A DNA stretch of 64,000 nt from Squalus acanthias (GCA_030390025.1 CM059431.1:125862001-125926000); one strand, 5' to 3'. Positions 33,527 through 46,860 are shown, counted from the stretch's first letter. Made by a program: numbers and translations. The notes: generated by a model not told the origin, from the sequence alone.

Positions 33527-35552
33527 GGTCGGTAAATTAAATCCTTCCTACAATGTCCAAAGCGTTTCCAGCCTCCAGAAGAAGCAAGGCTGCTTGCAGG
33601 CCTTAAACCCAGCAGCACTGATGACGTCATCGGAGGCGACTTTCAGGATGGAAAGACTAATTGCGCCAGGGGTTCCCACACACTGGAAATCAAGTGCCCA
33701 ATTAGGGGAAAATCACACTTTTTTCCCACTTCTCATCGGAATCGGGGTCCTGACACGAAAACCACCTGACACGCCTCAGCCCGTCCCCAATGGCAAAATC
33801 GAGCCCTTTGTGTCCTCACAACTTGCTTTCCCACCTATCTTTGTATCGTCAGCAAATTTGGCTACAGTACACACGGTCCCTTCATCCAAGTCATTAATAT
33901 AGATTGTAAATAGTTGAGGCCCCAGCACTGATCCCTGTGGCAGCCCACTAGTTACAGTTTACCAACCTGAAAATTACCCATTTATCCCGACTCTCTGTTT
34001 TCTGTTAGTTAGCCAATCCTCTATCCATGCTAATACATTACCCCCAACACCATGAGCTCTTATCTTGTGCAGTAACCTTTTATGTGGCACCTTATCGAAT
34101 GCCTTTTGGAAATCCAAATACACTACATCTATTGGTTCCTCTTTATCCACCCTGCTCGTTACATCCTCAAAGAACTCTAATAAGTTTGTCAAACACAATT
34201 TCCCTTTCATAAAACCATGACTCTGCTTGATTGTATTATGATTTTCTAAATTACTTCCTTAATAATGGATTCAAGCATTTTGCCAATGGCAGATGTTAGT
34301 CTAACTGGCTTATAGATTCCTGCTTTCTGTCTCCCCCCTTTCTTGAATAGGGGCAGTACATTTGTGGTTTTCTAATCCACTGGGAACTTTCCAGAATCTT
34401 AGGAATTTTGCAAGATTACAACCAATGCATCCACTATCTCTGCAGCCACTTATTTTAAGACCCTAGGATGCAGGCCATTAGGTCCAGGGGACTTGTCAGC
34501 CTTTAGTCCCATTAGTTTGCCCAGTACTTTTTCTCAAGTGATAGAGATTGTTTTACGGTCCTCCCTCCCTTTTGCTCCTTGATTTTCCACTATTATTGGG
34601 ATGCCGTTAGTGCCTTCTACTGTGAAGACAGATACAAAATATTTGTTCAAAGTCTCTGCCATTTCCTTGTTTCCCATTATTAATTCCCCAGTCTCATCCT
34701 CCAAGGGACCAACAATTACTTTAGCTACTCTCCCTCTTGAATTAAAAAAATACTATTAGGTACCTTCTAAGGAGTGAGTTCTTTCATGTTTTTCGATCCA
34801 ACACCTGTTCCACTGTGCCCTCCTGTTATCTGTTAGTTTTGTTTTCAAACATGACGATGGGAATTGAGACAATGGAATGTATGTGTGAGTGCAAGGTCTT
34901 TTTCAAGCATCTTTAACAACTACGATTTCCCTTCATGTCCACATATGTCCTGCGTTGCTACATCACAGTAATATTTATACTTTACTTTTGTACTTTTCTT
35001 TTTAGTCATGTAAATTATTTAGGATCTACAAACAGTATATACCATGGTCACTCTTTCATTGAATACGTCACGGGGGTGAAATTGGGCGCTATGAGGCCCC
35101 TTAAGCATTGATAATGGTGTCTGCGGTGGCCATGCACACGTCCGACAGGAAGTGCGGTGGTCACCATCTTTGTAAGGGTGTTAGCACGCGTGCACCTAAC
35201 ATCCGCTGGCAGCAAGCAGAGCAGGCGGATCATGACGTCAACCAGCGTGCAACGCTAATTTGACGCCAGCTCTACCATTGTGGTGCTCCACGCTCCACCC
35301 TATGCCCTCTCTTAACCCCTTACACCTGAACACGACGTTAAACGGCATGAATAATCCCCTACCAGCGCTATTTAAAGGGCTCATCAACTACTTGCAGATT
35401 AGTTGCTGGTTTATTTCTGCTGGCTGTTGCTGCAATTCTACGTGTTTTGAGTGCTTTCTATAGTTGGTTAAAGTTTCAACCGTCTACAGGGAGTGGTGAA
35501 GTACTTTCTTTGCAGATTTAAAGGTTTCTGCATAGACCAATTGCTCCCAGGC

Positions 35553-36785
35553 ATGGGTGTACTAGTGGGCCTTCCTCTTGGCATTGAGCATGACTCGGAG
35601 AATGAAAAGAGGCCACGCAGAGCAGGAAAAGCTGTTCAAAGAGGGAGGAAGAGAAGGGGGTGAAGGACTCTCAGCAGAAGACCATATCTGCAAGAGGCTG
35701 TTTAGGGAGCAATTCTCATACCTGAACTTTAACGACAACCAATGCATAAGACGTCGGCGCTTCACTAAAGAGGTCGTGACTGAAATGTGTCACCTGTTGC
35801 AGTCACAACTCCAGCCTCAGAGCAGGACAAGGACCGCATTGCCTGTGGCTGTGAAGGTGACTGTGGTTCTGAACCTCCATGCATCTGGCTCCTTCCAAGC
35901 GGCTGCTAGAGATAAGCAACATCTCTCAGTTTGGAATGCACTGCTGCATAAGGGAGGTCACTGAGGCTCTCTATGCAAAGAGAGATAATGTCATCTCATT
36001 CCCTTTTGCCAGAGAGAAGTAGGCGGAGCGAGCGCGATGGTTTTTTAAAATTCATTCATGGGATGTGGGCGTCACTGGCAAGTTGCCCTTGAGAAGGATT
36101 GCAGGCTTCCGCATGCTGCGGGGTGCCATTGATGCACGTACATTGCTTTGCGTGTGCCTCATGTGAACTCTGCCATGTACCTGAAATGAAAGGGATTCAA
36201 CTCCCTTAATGTGCAGCTGGTGTGTGACCACAGGCAGCGCATCATGTAGGTCAATGCCCGGTATCCTGGCAGCAGTAATGATGCATTTATTCTGTGGCAG
36301 TCCTCTGTGCCAGCTGTATTTCAAACACCACGGCAAACCAAAGTGTGGCTAATGGGTGATAAGGGCTATCCACTGATGACATGGCTCATGACTCCGGACC
36401 GCAATCCACACACAGGTGCACAGCAGGCATAGAACGAGTGCAATTCTGCCCTAAGAAATCTTACAGCAGACCATTGGTGTTCGAATCAGCAATTCTGCTG
36501 CTTGGACTGCTCTGGAGGAGCCCTGCAGTACTCGGCTGAGCAGGGCTCAAGATTTGTTGTTTTATGCTGCATGCTGCACAAGCTGGCCATCATGAGGGAA
36601 CAGCCCTTGCCACCACCTATCAGGTGAGAAGCTGAGGAGCAGGAGCACGATGAAGAGGAGGTGAGGGAGGAGGAGGCAGAGGAGGAGAAGGTGGAAGAGA
36701 ATGAGGCGGAAGAGGAGGAAGGGGAAGGGAGGCTGCAAAGTAGATAGCCCCTTTCTGCCCTGGCTCTACGTGAACAAATAATTAA
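35553..36785 (+). pseudogene. Harbinger transposase, decayed
   Basis: FTKEVVTEMCHLLQ...VAVKVTV, GAID, NVQLVCDH, GDKGY and CCMLH motifs with several stops and frameshifts. Confidence 0.88.
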
Positions 36786-36786
36786 T

Positions 36787-37545
36787 GGGCCAAAAATTCA
36801 GCCCTTCCCGGGTGAGTACGCACTGTGTACTCACCCGTAAGGCATCCTGAAGTGCCGGTTTCCTGCATGCACTGCGCATGCGCGGGAAACTGGAACTTCC
36901 GGTCTGGTGAAGGGGGCGGTTCAGAGGTGAACCGCGTGCGCGGTAGAGGCTGCGCGCACACAGCAAACTTAGGTTTTTTTCAGGTTTCTCCGGGAGGGTA
37001 AGTATTGAAGAACCTGCGCTTTTAAAAAGGAGGTGCAGGACCCGTTTTCAACAAGGTAAGTGGTTAATTAAGTATAATTTAAAAAAATTTTCAACAGGTT
37101 TATCTTTTTTAGATACTTTAAAGAAAGGTAAGTTTATTTTTAGCACTGTTAAAAAGTATTTTAATTTTTTCAAAAATTAAAATTTTTGTTTAAAGTAGTT
37201 AATTTATTTAACTTATAGTTATTTTATAAATGTGATGGTTTTTTTTTAAATTTATTTGCAGTTTAGCTGTTCTTTTGGGGCCGATTTCAATTCATAGATT
37301 TGACAGGTCCTGTCAAATCTATGAATGAAAGATGGTCTGCTGCCATCTCTCCGTGGCCCACGTGATCCCAGGGGACGCATTGCACTAACTGCGCCCCTGG
37401 GACACGCAAGCACGGCACGCCGGCACTTGGAGCAGGTCCAGGAGCTGAAGCTCCCGTGGGCCCAGAGGTCAACGGCAGGCGCGGTAGGTAAGGGCGCACG
37501 TGATCCTTACCCCCGCGGCAAGCCGGAGAGGCGAATTTCAGGGCC
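36787..37545. mobile_element. Harbinger-type MITE with AT-rich core and internal palindrome
   Basis: Ends GGGCCAAAAATT / AATTTCAGGGCC with flanks AAT/ATT; interrupts the transposase 3' end. Confidence 0.7.
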
Positions 37546-39105
37546 ATTGAGTGACACCAGCAACCTGAACCCCAATTCCCCATTCACCAACAGTCCCACG
37601 CTACTTACATTTCCTCTGTCACTGACCATCATTCCAATCCAAATTTATAAAGTAAATCATGCCATAGAGCATACAAAAATTCCCTTAGTGCCTCTTTGCG
37701 TGCCTTTGCCTGTCCTAGTGCTCCTACGAGGTGCTTCCCCAGTGTCTGCAGCATGACTGGTAGAAGGCTGCTGACTTTCAGTGGAGAAGACTGCAGATGG
37801 CCTTGGAGGGCGACCTCGAGCAGCTCTGGGCATAAAAGGCCCAGCTGTAGACTGCACCATCTCGGCATGGGTGGCAGCAGTCTGGGATGGCTGGCTGACA
37901 GGCAACAGCAATGGCAATGGCAGAGTGACAGGGGTGGGAGCACGAATGCTGTCATACTGATTGGACAGCAGGTTCACACTCCATGGAGCCACTGCTACTC
38001 TCCTGGGGCGGAGCCTCAGAAAGCCTAGTACTCTGTTAGAGATCAGATTGCTGGCGTGCTGTGACACCTTGTTAGCCCCTTTGAAAGGTATGTTCTAGAG
38101 CTATGATGGCAGCAGTCTGAGCTTGCATGGCAGCAAGCTGAGATTGCATGACAGCAGTCTGAGCTTCCACTGCAGCACTCAGACGTTGGGTGGATGCAGC
38201 TTGTGTTGCAATGGAAGCTGAGACATCCGCCATTAGCTGCTGCCTCATGTTTGGCTCCACAGGTGTGCTGCTGGAGGTGTCCACCCATTCTATGTTGGAA
38301 AGGATGGGCTCCAAGCTCTGCGCACAGCCCTGTGCCAAGTTGGTGTCAGACTCCTCCATTCTCCTTAACATTGAATGCAGGCTTTCTGGCAGGCTTTCCA
38401 GTGCACCAAGCAGAACCAGTGTGCGACCTCTCGCTCTGGCATGTTGGCACCTGCGTTGTCCTTTCCCCCTGCCCTGGCGCCAGTGCACTTGTGCTGAGTG
38501 TCTCACCACATGCAGATCCTGCCTCGATCGTATCCTCTAAATTACACGCAGTGTCATTATCTGAGCTGGTGGCTGTGACTGAAATTGAGTTATGGAGTGT
38601 CTTCATCTTTACTGTTTTCTTGTTCTTCCTCCACTGCCTGGGCAGGTTGCAGTTCTTGGGTATCTGAAAGGAAAAAGGGACAAGGATAGGGCTGTGGTGA
38701 GGGGAGAGGAGAAAGTAAGAAGTGCGTGCTTACACCATCAGCAGTTTCTCAGTCAGAAGAGATCGTGGGATGAGGGAGAAGTGGGATGAGAGAAGGAGGA
38801 TTAGGTATACAGATATCTTCATCTTCAATCGCTTCATCCCCGCTGGTGACCACAGCTTTAGCAATGGCCCTTCCCATAATGGCCAGCACTATCTCCTCGG
38901 TGGGGGTTAGAATATGCAGGTGCACACCTCACCCTCCGGTTAGTTCCTTCTGCCTCCAGTTGTGCGCCAACTTTTCCTGCAAGAGAGAGGGCAGTGTGTC
39001 AGTGAGTGTTGTGCAATCTGTGTGGGAGATGTCACTGTCATTGCTGAATAGCTTGCAGTGTGTGCAAGCTGTGAGATGTGGGTTGGAGGCTTACAACAGT
39101 GCTAA

Positions 39106-40763
39106 TGTAAGGGGGAACGTGTCTCTCAGACGGTGCTGGTGCGAGGTTAGGCTTTCGTTGCCTAATACTATTGCTTGCTCTGGTCTCCGGCCAGCCCTTT
39201 TGCAATAAGCACCTGTGAGTGGTTCGACCCACTCGCCCTTACGGTTCTAACACTGGACTTAGGTGCAGGGAGCAGTAATGCAGAGAAAACTCAAATAGAC
39301 CTAGTTGAATAGTACGAAATGGAAATCTTTATTGCATAGCGTCCAAAATCATGAAGTACATGTCATAGGCGCAAATCAATGAGAGTACAAGTATACATAC
39401 ATTCATAAAGCTTGGTCTATGGAAATGAAGAACACACGGCACATCGTAGAAAGGGGAACACATTATATCTTAACCTTAAAAACTACCCTCCCTTAACAAT
39501 ACCTACACTACGTCTAGATTTGTAGGATCGCAAAACATGCTCACCACTCGTGTTAGTTCGGAGAATTTTAAAGTGAGGCACTTGGCTCGTTTCGCTGCAG
39601 CGCCTGACTGTCACGTGTTTGGAAGGGTCTCTGCACCCCACTTGTTCATTTTCGCTGCTGTGACAAGCAGGCCAGGCTCCCTGTTGTCATGAAGAACTCA
39701 ACAGAACTCGGACACAGTTCAAAGAAAAGTCTTCCTGTGCTCGATACCGGTTGTCGGGAGAACTCAAAGGAAAGTTCTTTATTTATATTTTCGGGCGCGG
39801 TCGGGGTTTACTGACCGTGGCGGCACGTGGATTCTTCTCCTCTTCTTCTCGTCTCGTCTCGTCTCTTCGGGCCTCCGGGTCCAGACACCGTTTACCGACA
39901 CTCGGGATGGTGCACCCTGTTACTTGCCCTTGTCGGGGCGGCTCGTTCCGATTGAGCTCCACCCAACACTCGCATAACCGACCAGTACGGCTATAAGTCA
40001 AGAGTCAACAAAGTCCAGAGAGAAAACACAGAAGGCTGCCCGTCCAGGAGAGTGCTACCAGAGGATAAGAGTTAAGCCCGAGTTAAAAGAATAAGAGCCA
40101 GCCGGGAGAATAAGAGACCGATGGACATTTGTTCTCTATAGTTATAGTGATGTGTCCGCTTATCTCCCGCTCAAATCTTAATGTTTGTCCTTTGTGTAAT
40201 ATTGGCACTCAAAACTCCCAGCATGGGGCGGTTATCTTTCTTAAAGGGTTTCGGTAGCACCTGAAACTGGCCAACTATCCGTTAATGTTTTCCCCATTGT
40301 TGAACCAGCCAGGATGTGTACGAATCGTCTCCCTGACTGGTTTTGGGGCCCCCCAAATACTTGCTTAATCACCCGTCAATGTCTCTCTCATTGTAGAGCC
40401 GGGGGGGTATTTGTGTATTGATGTGTCTGGATGGGCCTTCGATTGCCCAGTACAATGATCCTTACTGTGCATAGGAAAACGATTCCAGCACTTATATCTT
40501 TGCTATTGTTTCAAATGCAAACGGGTTGCATCCTGTCTATATTAGTGTTTACCGAGTATGATCCAATCTTATACTGAAATGTATATTCAATGCCATCTTG
40601 TCTGCCCACTGTGTCTCTGGAAGCTTCTGCCACGATGCGCGGTGGCCATTTTACAGGCTTCTGTGTCCTTTATTATCATGACAGCATTTCATTTAATAAA
40701 ACTGATCAAACGAATCTGCTTCTCTTATGTTATTTCGAATCGCGATAATTGCGAAACTTTACA
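39106..40763 (-). repeat. 3' LTR of provirus 2 (1658 bp)
   Basis: Repeat of 46861-48497 with scattered substitutions and a ~21-bp indel. Confidence 0.95.
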
Positions 40764-41159
40764 GTCCCTCCTGTTGATGCGAATAACTCCGCTTATCGTA
40801 TCAATTAAAAATGGTGGTGAGCAAAATTATCCCGATTCTCCACATCCAAACACTCCCGGTAATTAAGTTTATCTAGGGCCTCCATGCAGTCCTCATTTCC
40901 ACAGAAAAATTACATTGTCTAAACTTGGACAAACCGTAGGCAGCATTGTCTTTAAACTTACACTGCGTATACGCCTTCCAGGTGCAAAAGGCCGATGCCT
41001 CTCGCACCACCTGCATATGCATGTTTTATTATAAAAGGAAAAATAATCAAACCAACTGTTTTAAAAATACAAAAGTTCCAAACTTAGTTACACATACTCA
41101 TAAATAATAACAATTACAAAAACACACACGGTAAAATGGAGCGGCGTCATCCTGGCCGT

Positions 41160-43510
41160 TTACGCGGTACTTTCCTCGTTCACACGCATGTAACGTTCTC
41201 TCCACTCCCCTGTGTTCTCCTGCCTCATGAGGCGTTTGCCTCTTTTGCAGTGTACGACCAATAGGTACACTACAATTACAACTTGACACACTACCAAAAT
41301 GTGGGAGGCTATCCTGATCCATGACGGAACTTCAATATTAGTGAACAGATCCCACCACAGTGGGACTACTATGTCCAGTATCTCTGTCCCTATCTCTACA
41401 GTCTTTTGTTCTAGGGTGTAAAAATGTTTCTGTGATACCATGACGGCTTTTAAAATCTTGGTGAGGTGTTCAGGGAGAGGGGGAATGATGTATCCGAAAT
41501 GCGCGACGAATCGCTGCAAGTCTGTGAAATTCTCTTTTACTGTGAGGTGAACAGTGGATGGTTCAGGGATCGGGACAATTCGCTGTTGTGCCACTTGAAC
41601 TTCAGCCCTGGGTTTAAAACAGAAACTGCTGTCACTCACTGGACACCGGCTGTGCTGTCCATGCTGGTAGTGTTGCGCTGCAGTGGTAACGCAATACGTT
41701 CCACCCCCTATGTATGCCACCTGTGGGGGCACATGATCTTGTGTCATTGCTTCCATGGTGCAATTCATGGGCTTCGCGCCAGCCGTTCTGAACCCGCATT
41801 GTGGTGTTAAAAAGGCATTCAAGTGCTGGGGACACAGGATGATGTGTGCTCCCCGGCCACGACAACCCAAAAGGTTGGTACCTGTCATCGTTTGCTCCCA
41901 GCGGATGACGTAAGGTGGGACCGCTGCATAGCGAATGTGGGCTCCCCCCTGAATGACTCCGATGTTCTCCACCCGGTACACCGGGGCGGGCTTTGCCATG
42001 TCGCCCAACACCGGCATCCGTACCACTATACCCATGATAGTATGGTTTGACCGTCCGCAGTCCACTGGGACTGGGTATGCCTCTGAGGCTAGCCTGAGCT
42101 GGTACGGGCTTAATGCGTTCTGAAAAGGGTGGAGCGCCTGCAGGTGTTTGTTACTTATCCAGGACGGGACCAAACCTTGTTTTAAATCCTCCAAATTACT
42201 GCGGCCCTCGCCCAGTAACCACGCCCTTTATAGTACGCACACCTCGTTCTGCGCAGCTTGATCGGATGCATTCCGATCTTCCCTGATCAGGGCATTTACC
42301 GTTCTCGCATGCTTCTCCAGTTCTGCTATAATCTCTTTTAAGTGGAGTGTCATGGCCTGGTCCTCATGTAACTCAGACCCTACTACCTTGTTCTCGCTTG
42401 TGAGGATGCTTTTTAACTGTGTTTTTAAACCGTTGATCTGGGTCTGCAGCTCCACATTGTCTAGAGCGTTGACCACAGATGTCCCGTAATAAAAGCAGTG
42501 AACACATCGTTCACAACACCCCTTCTTTGTCTCCCCACCTGACCCAAAACTTCGTGTGGTGTGGTGTATAAGCTTGTTTTGTCAACCTCTGCAAAATCAA
42601 ACTCATAAAATTGCCTGAACATGTTTGTTAACAGGACCTGGTACAATTGTCCCGTTTCTTTGGGACACCACTCTGGTAAATGCACCTCGGTGAGATTTAG
42701 AATCACCGAAGCCACCGCGTAATGTACCCCTTGATATAGTATCTGATCTGTTGGCACCAGTACCAGACCATTCCTGGGCCCCTTAGTGGTTTTAGGGCAC
42801 CCTTCCTCCTGAGCCAAAGCCGCCGGAATCGTGGGCGGTGACTTGCGTGGGCGCGTGATGAGTTCAGTGGCGTTTACCGGGATCGGGGAGAATGGAGCTC
42901 CGCACCCGCTGGTGCTGACATCCCACCTCATCCCTTTCCCATCATCCTGCCACTGTTGTACGAAAAATATGGATATACCCCTGGGGCAAACGTACTTCGA
43001 TCCCCACATACAAACATATATTCCCTCATCCGGTTCCCACCATTTGTCCCAACAGACTTTCACTTGTCCGTTAGTCCCCGTAATTATTCGATGGGTATTG
43101 TTACCCAATCGCTCCCACTCGACCGAGGAATTTCTCATAGTCTTGCTTAACTTCCGTAACCACCACCATCGGCTCAATGGGACCTTCCCATTGCACGTCA
43201 AACAAATCCCTTTGCCGGCGGTGACGCTGATTCTGGGTGCAATGATCCTCACCCTGGGACACAGTAAAGAAGTCTCTTTGTAGGCAAATCCGGATGCGCT
43301 GGAGTATTCCGTCGAATTCGTTCCCAGCCATCCCGGCCACCTTCCCTTGTGGAAATAAGTGGCGGTTTCCTCAGCCTCTCGCTCCCCGGTCCCATCCGTC
43401 GCGATGGGGGCCGTGTCCCCGGAGCAACCGAACGCAATGACATCCTTGGTGAGGCCCCGATAGGCCAATCCATATCCGATCGTTGCGAGCACTATCAGAA
43501 TCCTTTCCAT
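41160..43510 (-). pseudogene. env: env of provirus 2 (one frameshift ~42485, one in-frame TAA at 42228-42230)
   Basis: Three ORF pieces colinear with env 13017-15368, including the Ig-like domain, RQRR and TM. Confidence 0.93.
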
Positions 43511-43779
43511 CTTTCTTGGTTCCTCTGATCAGATAAAATGATGTAGCCAGCCTCCCAAGAGTCTCTGGCTTTTGTGAAGGGTGAGCGGGTCCCTTGACCT
43601 CGTCTCACGTAAAAAGACATGTATGCTGGATAGACTTTAACTATTCCTATCACTAACTCCCATCACTTTACCATTTACTTAAAAATTAAACTACAATCTT
43701 ACCAAACTTAAAAAAACTATAAACTTAAACTTATCCTAAACTTAACTGTACAGCGCCGCCCGTTCCCAGGGCGGCCTAC

Positions 43780-45068
43780 CTAAATTCTGCGAAGGCTGCC
43801 ACGAGCTTTTCCCAGTGGCGGGGGGGCACTGACCCCTTCCTTTGATCTGCCGCAGCCTGTCCCCGCTGCGCTGGGACTGGGATCTCCCTGGGCTGCCTTG
43901 AACTTACGCCTGGGGGTGTACGAGGGATTTGACCACAACTTCCTGGGCTGGGGTGTCCGACTCGACCTACGGAGGGCTACCTTGGGCAAGATCTCCAGGG
44001 CCGACGGACCGGGAACCGAGACTTCCACCGTCACGGCCTGTGGTCCCACCACAGCCGCCGGCTCTGTCTCCCCTGGCTCCGCCCCCCTGGGCTCGGGATT
44101 TGCAGTTTCCGACTCCACCTTACTTGCTTCCCCAGTAAGTGGAACTCCACTCGCAATCCCTATCTCCCCTATGGGCAAGACTTCCAGGACCGACGGACCG
44201 GGCACCGAGACTTCCACCGTCACGGCCTGTGGTCCCACCACAGCCGCCGGCTCTTGTCCCCTGGCTCCGCCCCCCTGGGCTCGGGATCTGCAGTTTCCGA
44301 CTCCACCCTACTTATATGTGGAACTCCACTCGCAATCCCTATCTCCCCTATGCTTGGGTCGAGGGCGGGACCTTCGTCCTCCGACCCCACCACCTCTCCG
44401 ACCGGGTCACTACCTTGGTCGAGCTCTCCGAGCTCTTCCTCATCTGAATCCCAACCCCAAGAAAATATCCTACACTTTTCCAAAATGTCCTCTCCCCTCA
44501 GGCAGGCTGCTTTTCCGGTCTGTGTGCCCTGCGGTTCTACCCGGGGCTGAGAGTCCCCACTCGCAGGTCTGGCCCCTCCCCTAAGACAGGCCACCGCCCC
44601 TGCTTGTGCATTTTGTGTACTCTCGCCTGCTGGAGGCTGAAGATTTCTATTCTGTTTTAGTTTGGGCAACTCTGCTACCATGGCTTGCAACTGCGGGGTG
44701 GTGAATTCCCCCGGGGTTGTTGAGCAAACCCTCCCTCTGGCTTTGGATAGGACTTGGGTCAGACCTTTTATCCTTTCCTCACAGGGCCCATGGTTTAAAT
44801 CCTCATACTCCCTGCTCCTGGCTACCCTGTAGGCTGCCTTTATGTCTCTAAGCTGTCCTTCCAGCCCGTCTACTTTCCCCATTAAAGGGGCGTTCTCCTC
44901 CCGTAAGGCCTGCTCTCTAAGCTGCCCTTCCAGCCCGTCTACTTTCCCCATTAAGCGGGCGTTCTCCTCCCGCAAGGCCTGCTCTTTTAACCTGACCTCC
45001 TTACAGGAGACCCCGACCTGTGCGTGTCTTTCAAGGGGACACAGGTAGGTAGGCTGCACCGGTTCCAG
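43780..45068 (-). other. Post-gag reading frame: 10-codon pol stub, gag-like coiled-coil cassette, then Pol tail homolog with internal duplications
   Basis: LEPVQPTYLCPL matches LEPAQPVYLCPL of provirus 1; ends GCGRSKEGVSAPPPLGKARGSLRRI like 12726; frameshift near 44255. Confidence 0.8.
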
Positions 45069-46856
45069 TCAGAAGTCTGGGTTGGATGGGGCTGTTGCTA
45101 CCTTCCCGTGCGAAATCATAAGAGACCGCATGGCTCCTAACATTGATTCTATCGCATCGGGATGGATAGGCACACCAGCTCCTTTCTCAGAGACAGGCGC
45201 TTGGGTTCGGACTGCGGGAGCTTTGTCCCTGGAGTCCTTCCAGGGTTTCCTGCAGTTTTTACGCCAGTGACCTGTCTTCCCGCACCCGTAACAAACACCA
45301 CTGGTTTGTGGGGCGCGATTTCCCTCCTGATGCCACTCTTTCTGAGCCGGAGCTGCGGGCTTTGCCTCATGCTCCTTTCCCTTAAGGGGACGCGCTCCCG
45401 TGCTCCTAGTGTTCCGATACCCTATGGTGAGTCGATTTAGGACAGACTCCTCCGTTGTGGCGGGGTTAGTGGGATCAAACCACGCTCTGGCCTGCTCCCT
45501 CACGGCTGGCAAGCTGTTGGCTTCTAGACACCTGAGCCAATGAGCTTTCCCGGCGCCGTTCAGATAGGTGCGCGCTGGCGCACCTGGGCAGCTACGCTGG
45601 TATACTGGCCACAGTCTGTCGGCGAAAACCTTCGGGGGTTCTCCCTCCATCTGTACGGTCTGACTCAATCTGACGAACGGACCTTCGTCATCCGCCCCTA
45701 ACACTTCTAGGACCTCATCCCGTAACTCCCCATAGGTTTTATTTCCCTTCTTGCTCTCGTCGGAGAGACACTGAAGGATCGAGCTATCGAAAGAGAACAG
45801 CAACATTTTGGTCTTTTCCTTGTCGTCGCAGCCATTAATTGCTGCGGTCTGTTCTACTTCCCTAAAATGTACGGAAGGGTCTTCTGACTCAGACAGCTTC
45901 CGTACATGGCTAATCATTGCTCTCAGCTGGTGTGAGCTGTGGGGCAATACAAGTTGGCTCAGGATATCCCCGTCTTCCCCATTGTCTGCATTCGGGCCTC
46001 GCTTGTGACCTCGGAGCGGACACATCGGTCTCGGTCTCGACACTACCTCCGGGGATTGTCCTACCTCGGGAACCTTCTTCTCTATTTCCACCACCTCCTC
46101 GCTTACCCAGGTTGCCGAATAGCTGGGTGCGCGGAGGGCATAGTGGCAGATACCTCCTCTGCTTTTTCTGGTAGAGATTTTGGGAATTCCCTACCCACCT
46201 GTGGCTGGTTTGCTGACGGGCTGATGAGACACACCAAGCCATTTGCCTTATTCAGGGCCTCTCTTAGGTTCCCTATCTCCTTCTGGCAAAACTGTGGTCG
46301 GCTCCCTCATGCCTATCCTCGAGGGCCATCTTATATGCCGCCCTAACTCCCTTCAAGCTTTCTTCCTGGGCTTTTATCTGGTTAGCTAGGCGGGCACACC
46401 GTTCTCTAATCCTACCCTCGTTTAATTTTGCTTCCGTGACCTGACATTCTAGGTAATCAATTTTAGCCTCATGGTGGTTGGCTACTATTTGGCGTTCCTG
46501 ATGTAATGCATTCAATGATGCAATGAGTTTCTGTCCTACCGTGATCTTTTCCTCCATCTCAACTTCCAGTTCCCTGATCTGAGCTGCCTGTGATGCAATG
46601 ACCTGGTCCGAAAGTTGGACTTGCTTCTTGTAGCACATCAGCCAGACCGGTTTCTCTACCGACTTCTTATTTTCTTTACTGCCTGTCCATTTGATGGCGG
46701 CGTCTAGCGGACACTTATCCATCAGTAGGTCACTTATCCACTTTTTGGTTAAGTTAACACATAGTCGGCTACCCTCTCATCCACCACATTTCGCCTATTC
46801 AAACCAGGGTCTAAAACATTAATCTCCTGCTGCCAATGTCCTGCCGCGGTCGCCAT
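45069..46856 (-). pseudogene. gag: gag of provirus 2 (several frameshifts in the 5' half)
   Basis: ATG at 46856 overlapping the PBS; pieces 46273-46722 and 45069-46094 align with Gag 6392-8203, including CYGCGKTGHWRKNC. Confidence 0.92.
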
Positions 46857-46860
46857 TTCC

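Larger units (their letters stand above)
29031..33806. mobile_element. Non-autonomous Harbinger (MYB gene kept, transposase core deleted)
   Basis: Perfect 16-bp TIR GGGCTCGATTTTGCCA / TGGCAAAATCGAGCCC and TSD TTT. Confidence 0.92.
27393..34735 (-). mobile_element. CR1 LINE (5'-truncated, decayed) interrupted by a MITE and a Harbinger
   Basis: Tail at ~27395. RT sequence is continuous across 27768/28522 and 29030/33807 (CAGACTCTTT|GTGTCCTC). LTNLLEFFEDVT...LDFQKAFDKVPH at 33974-34210. Confidence 0.88.
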
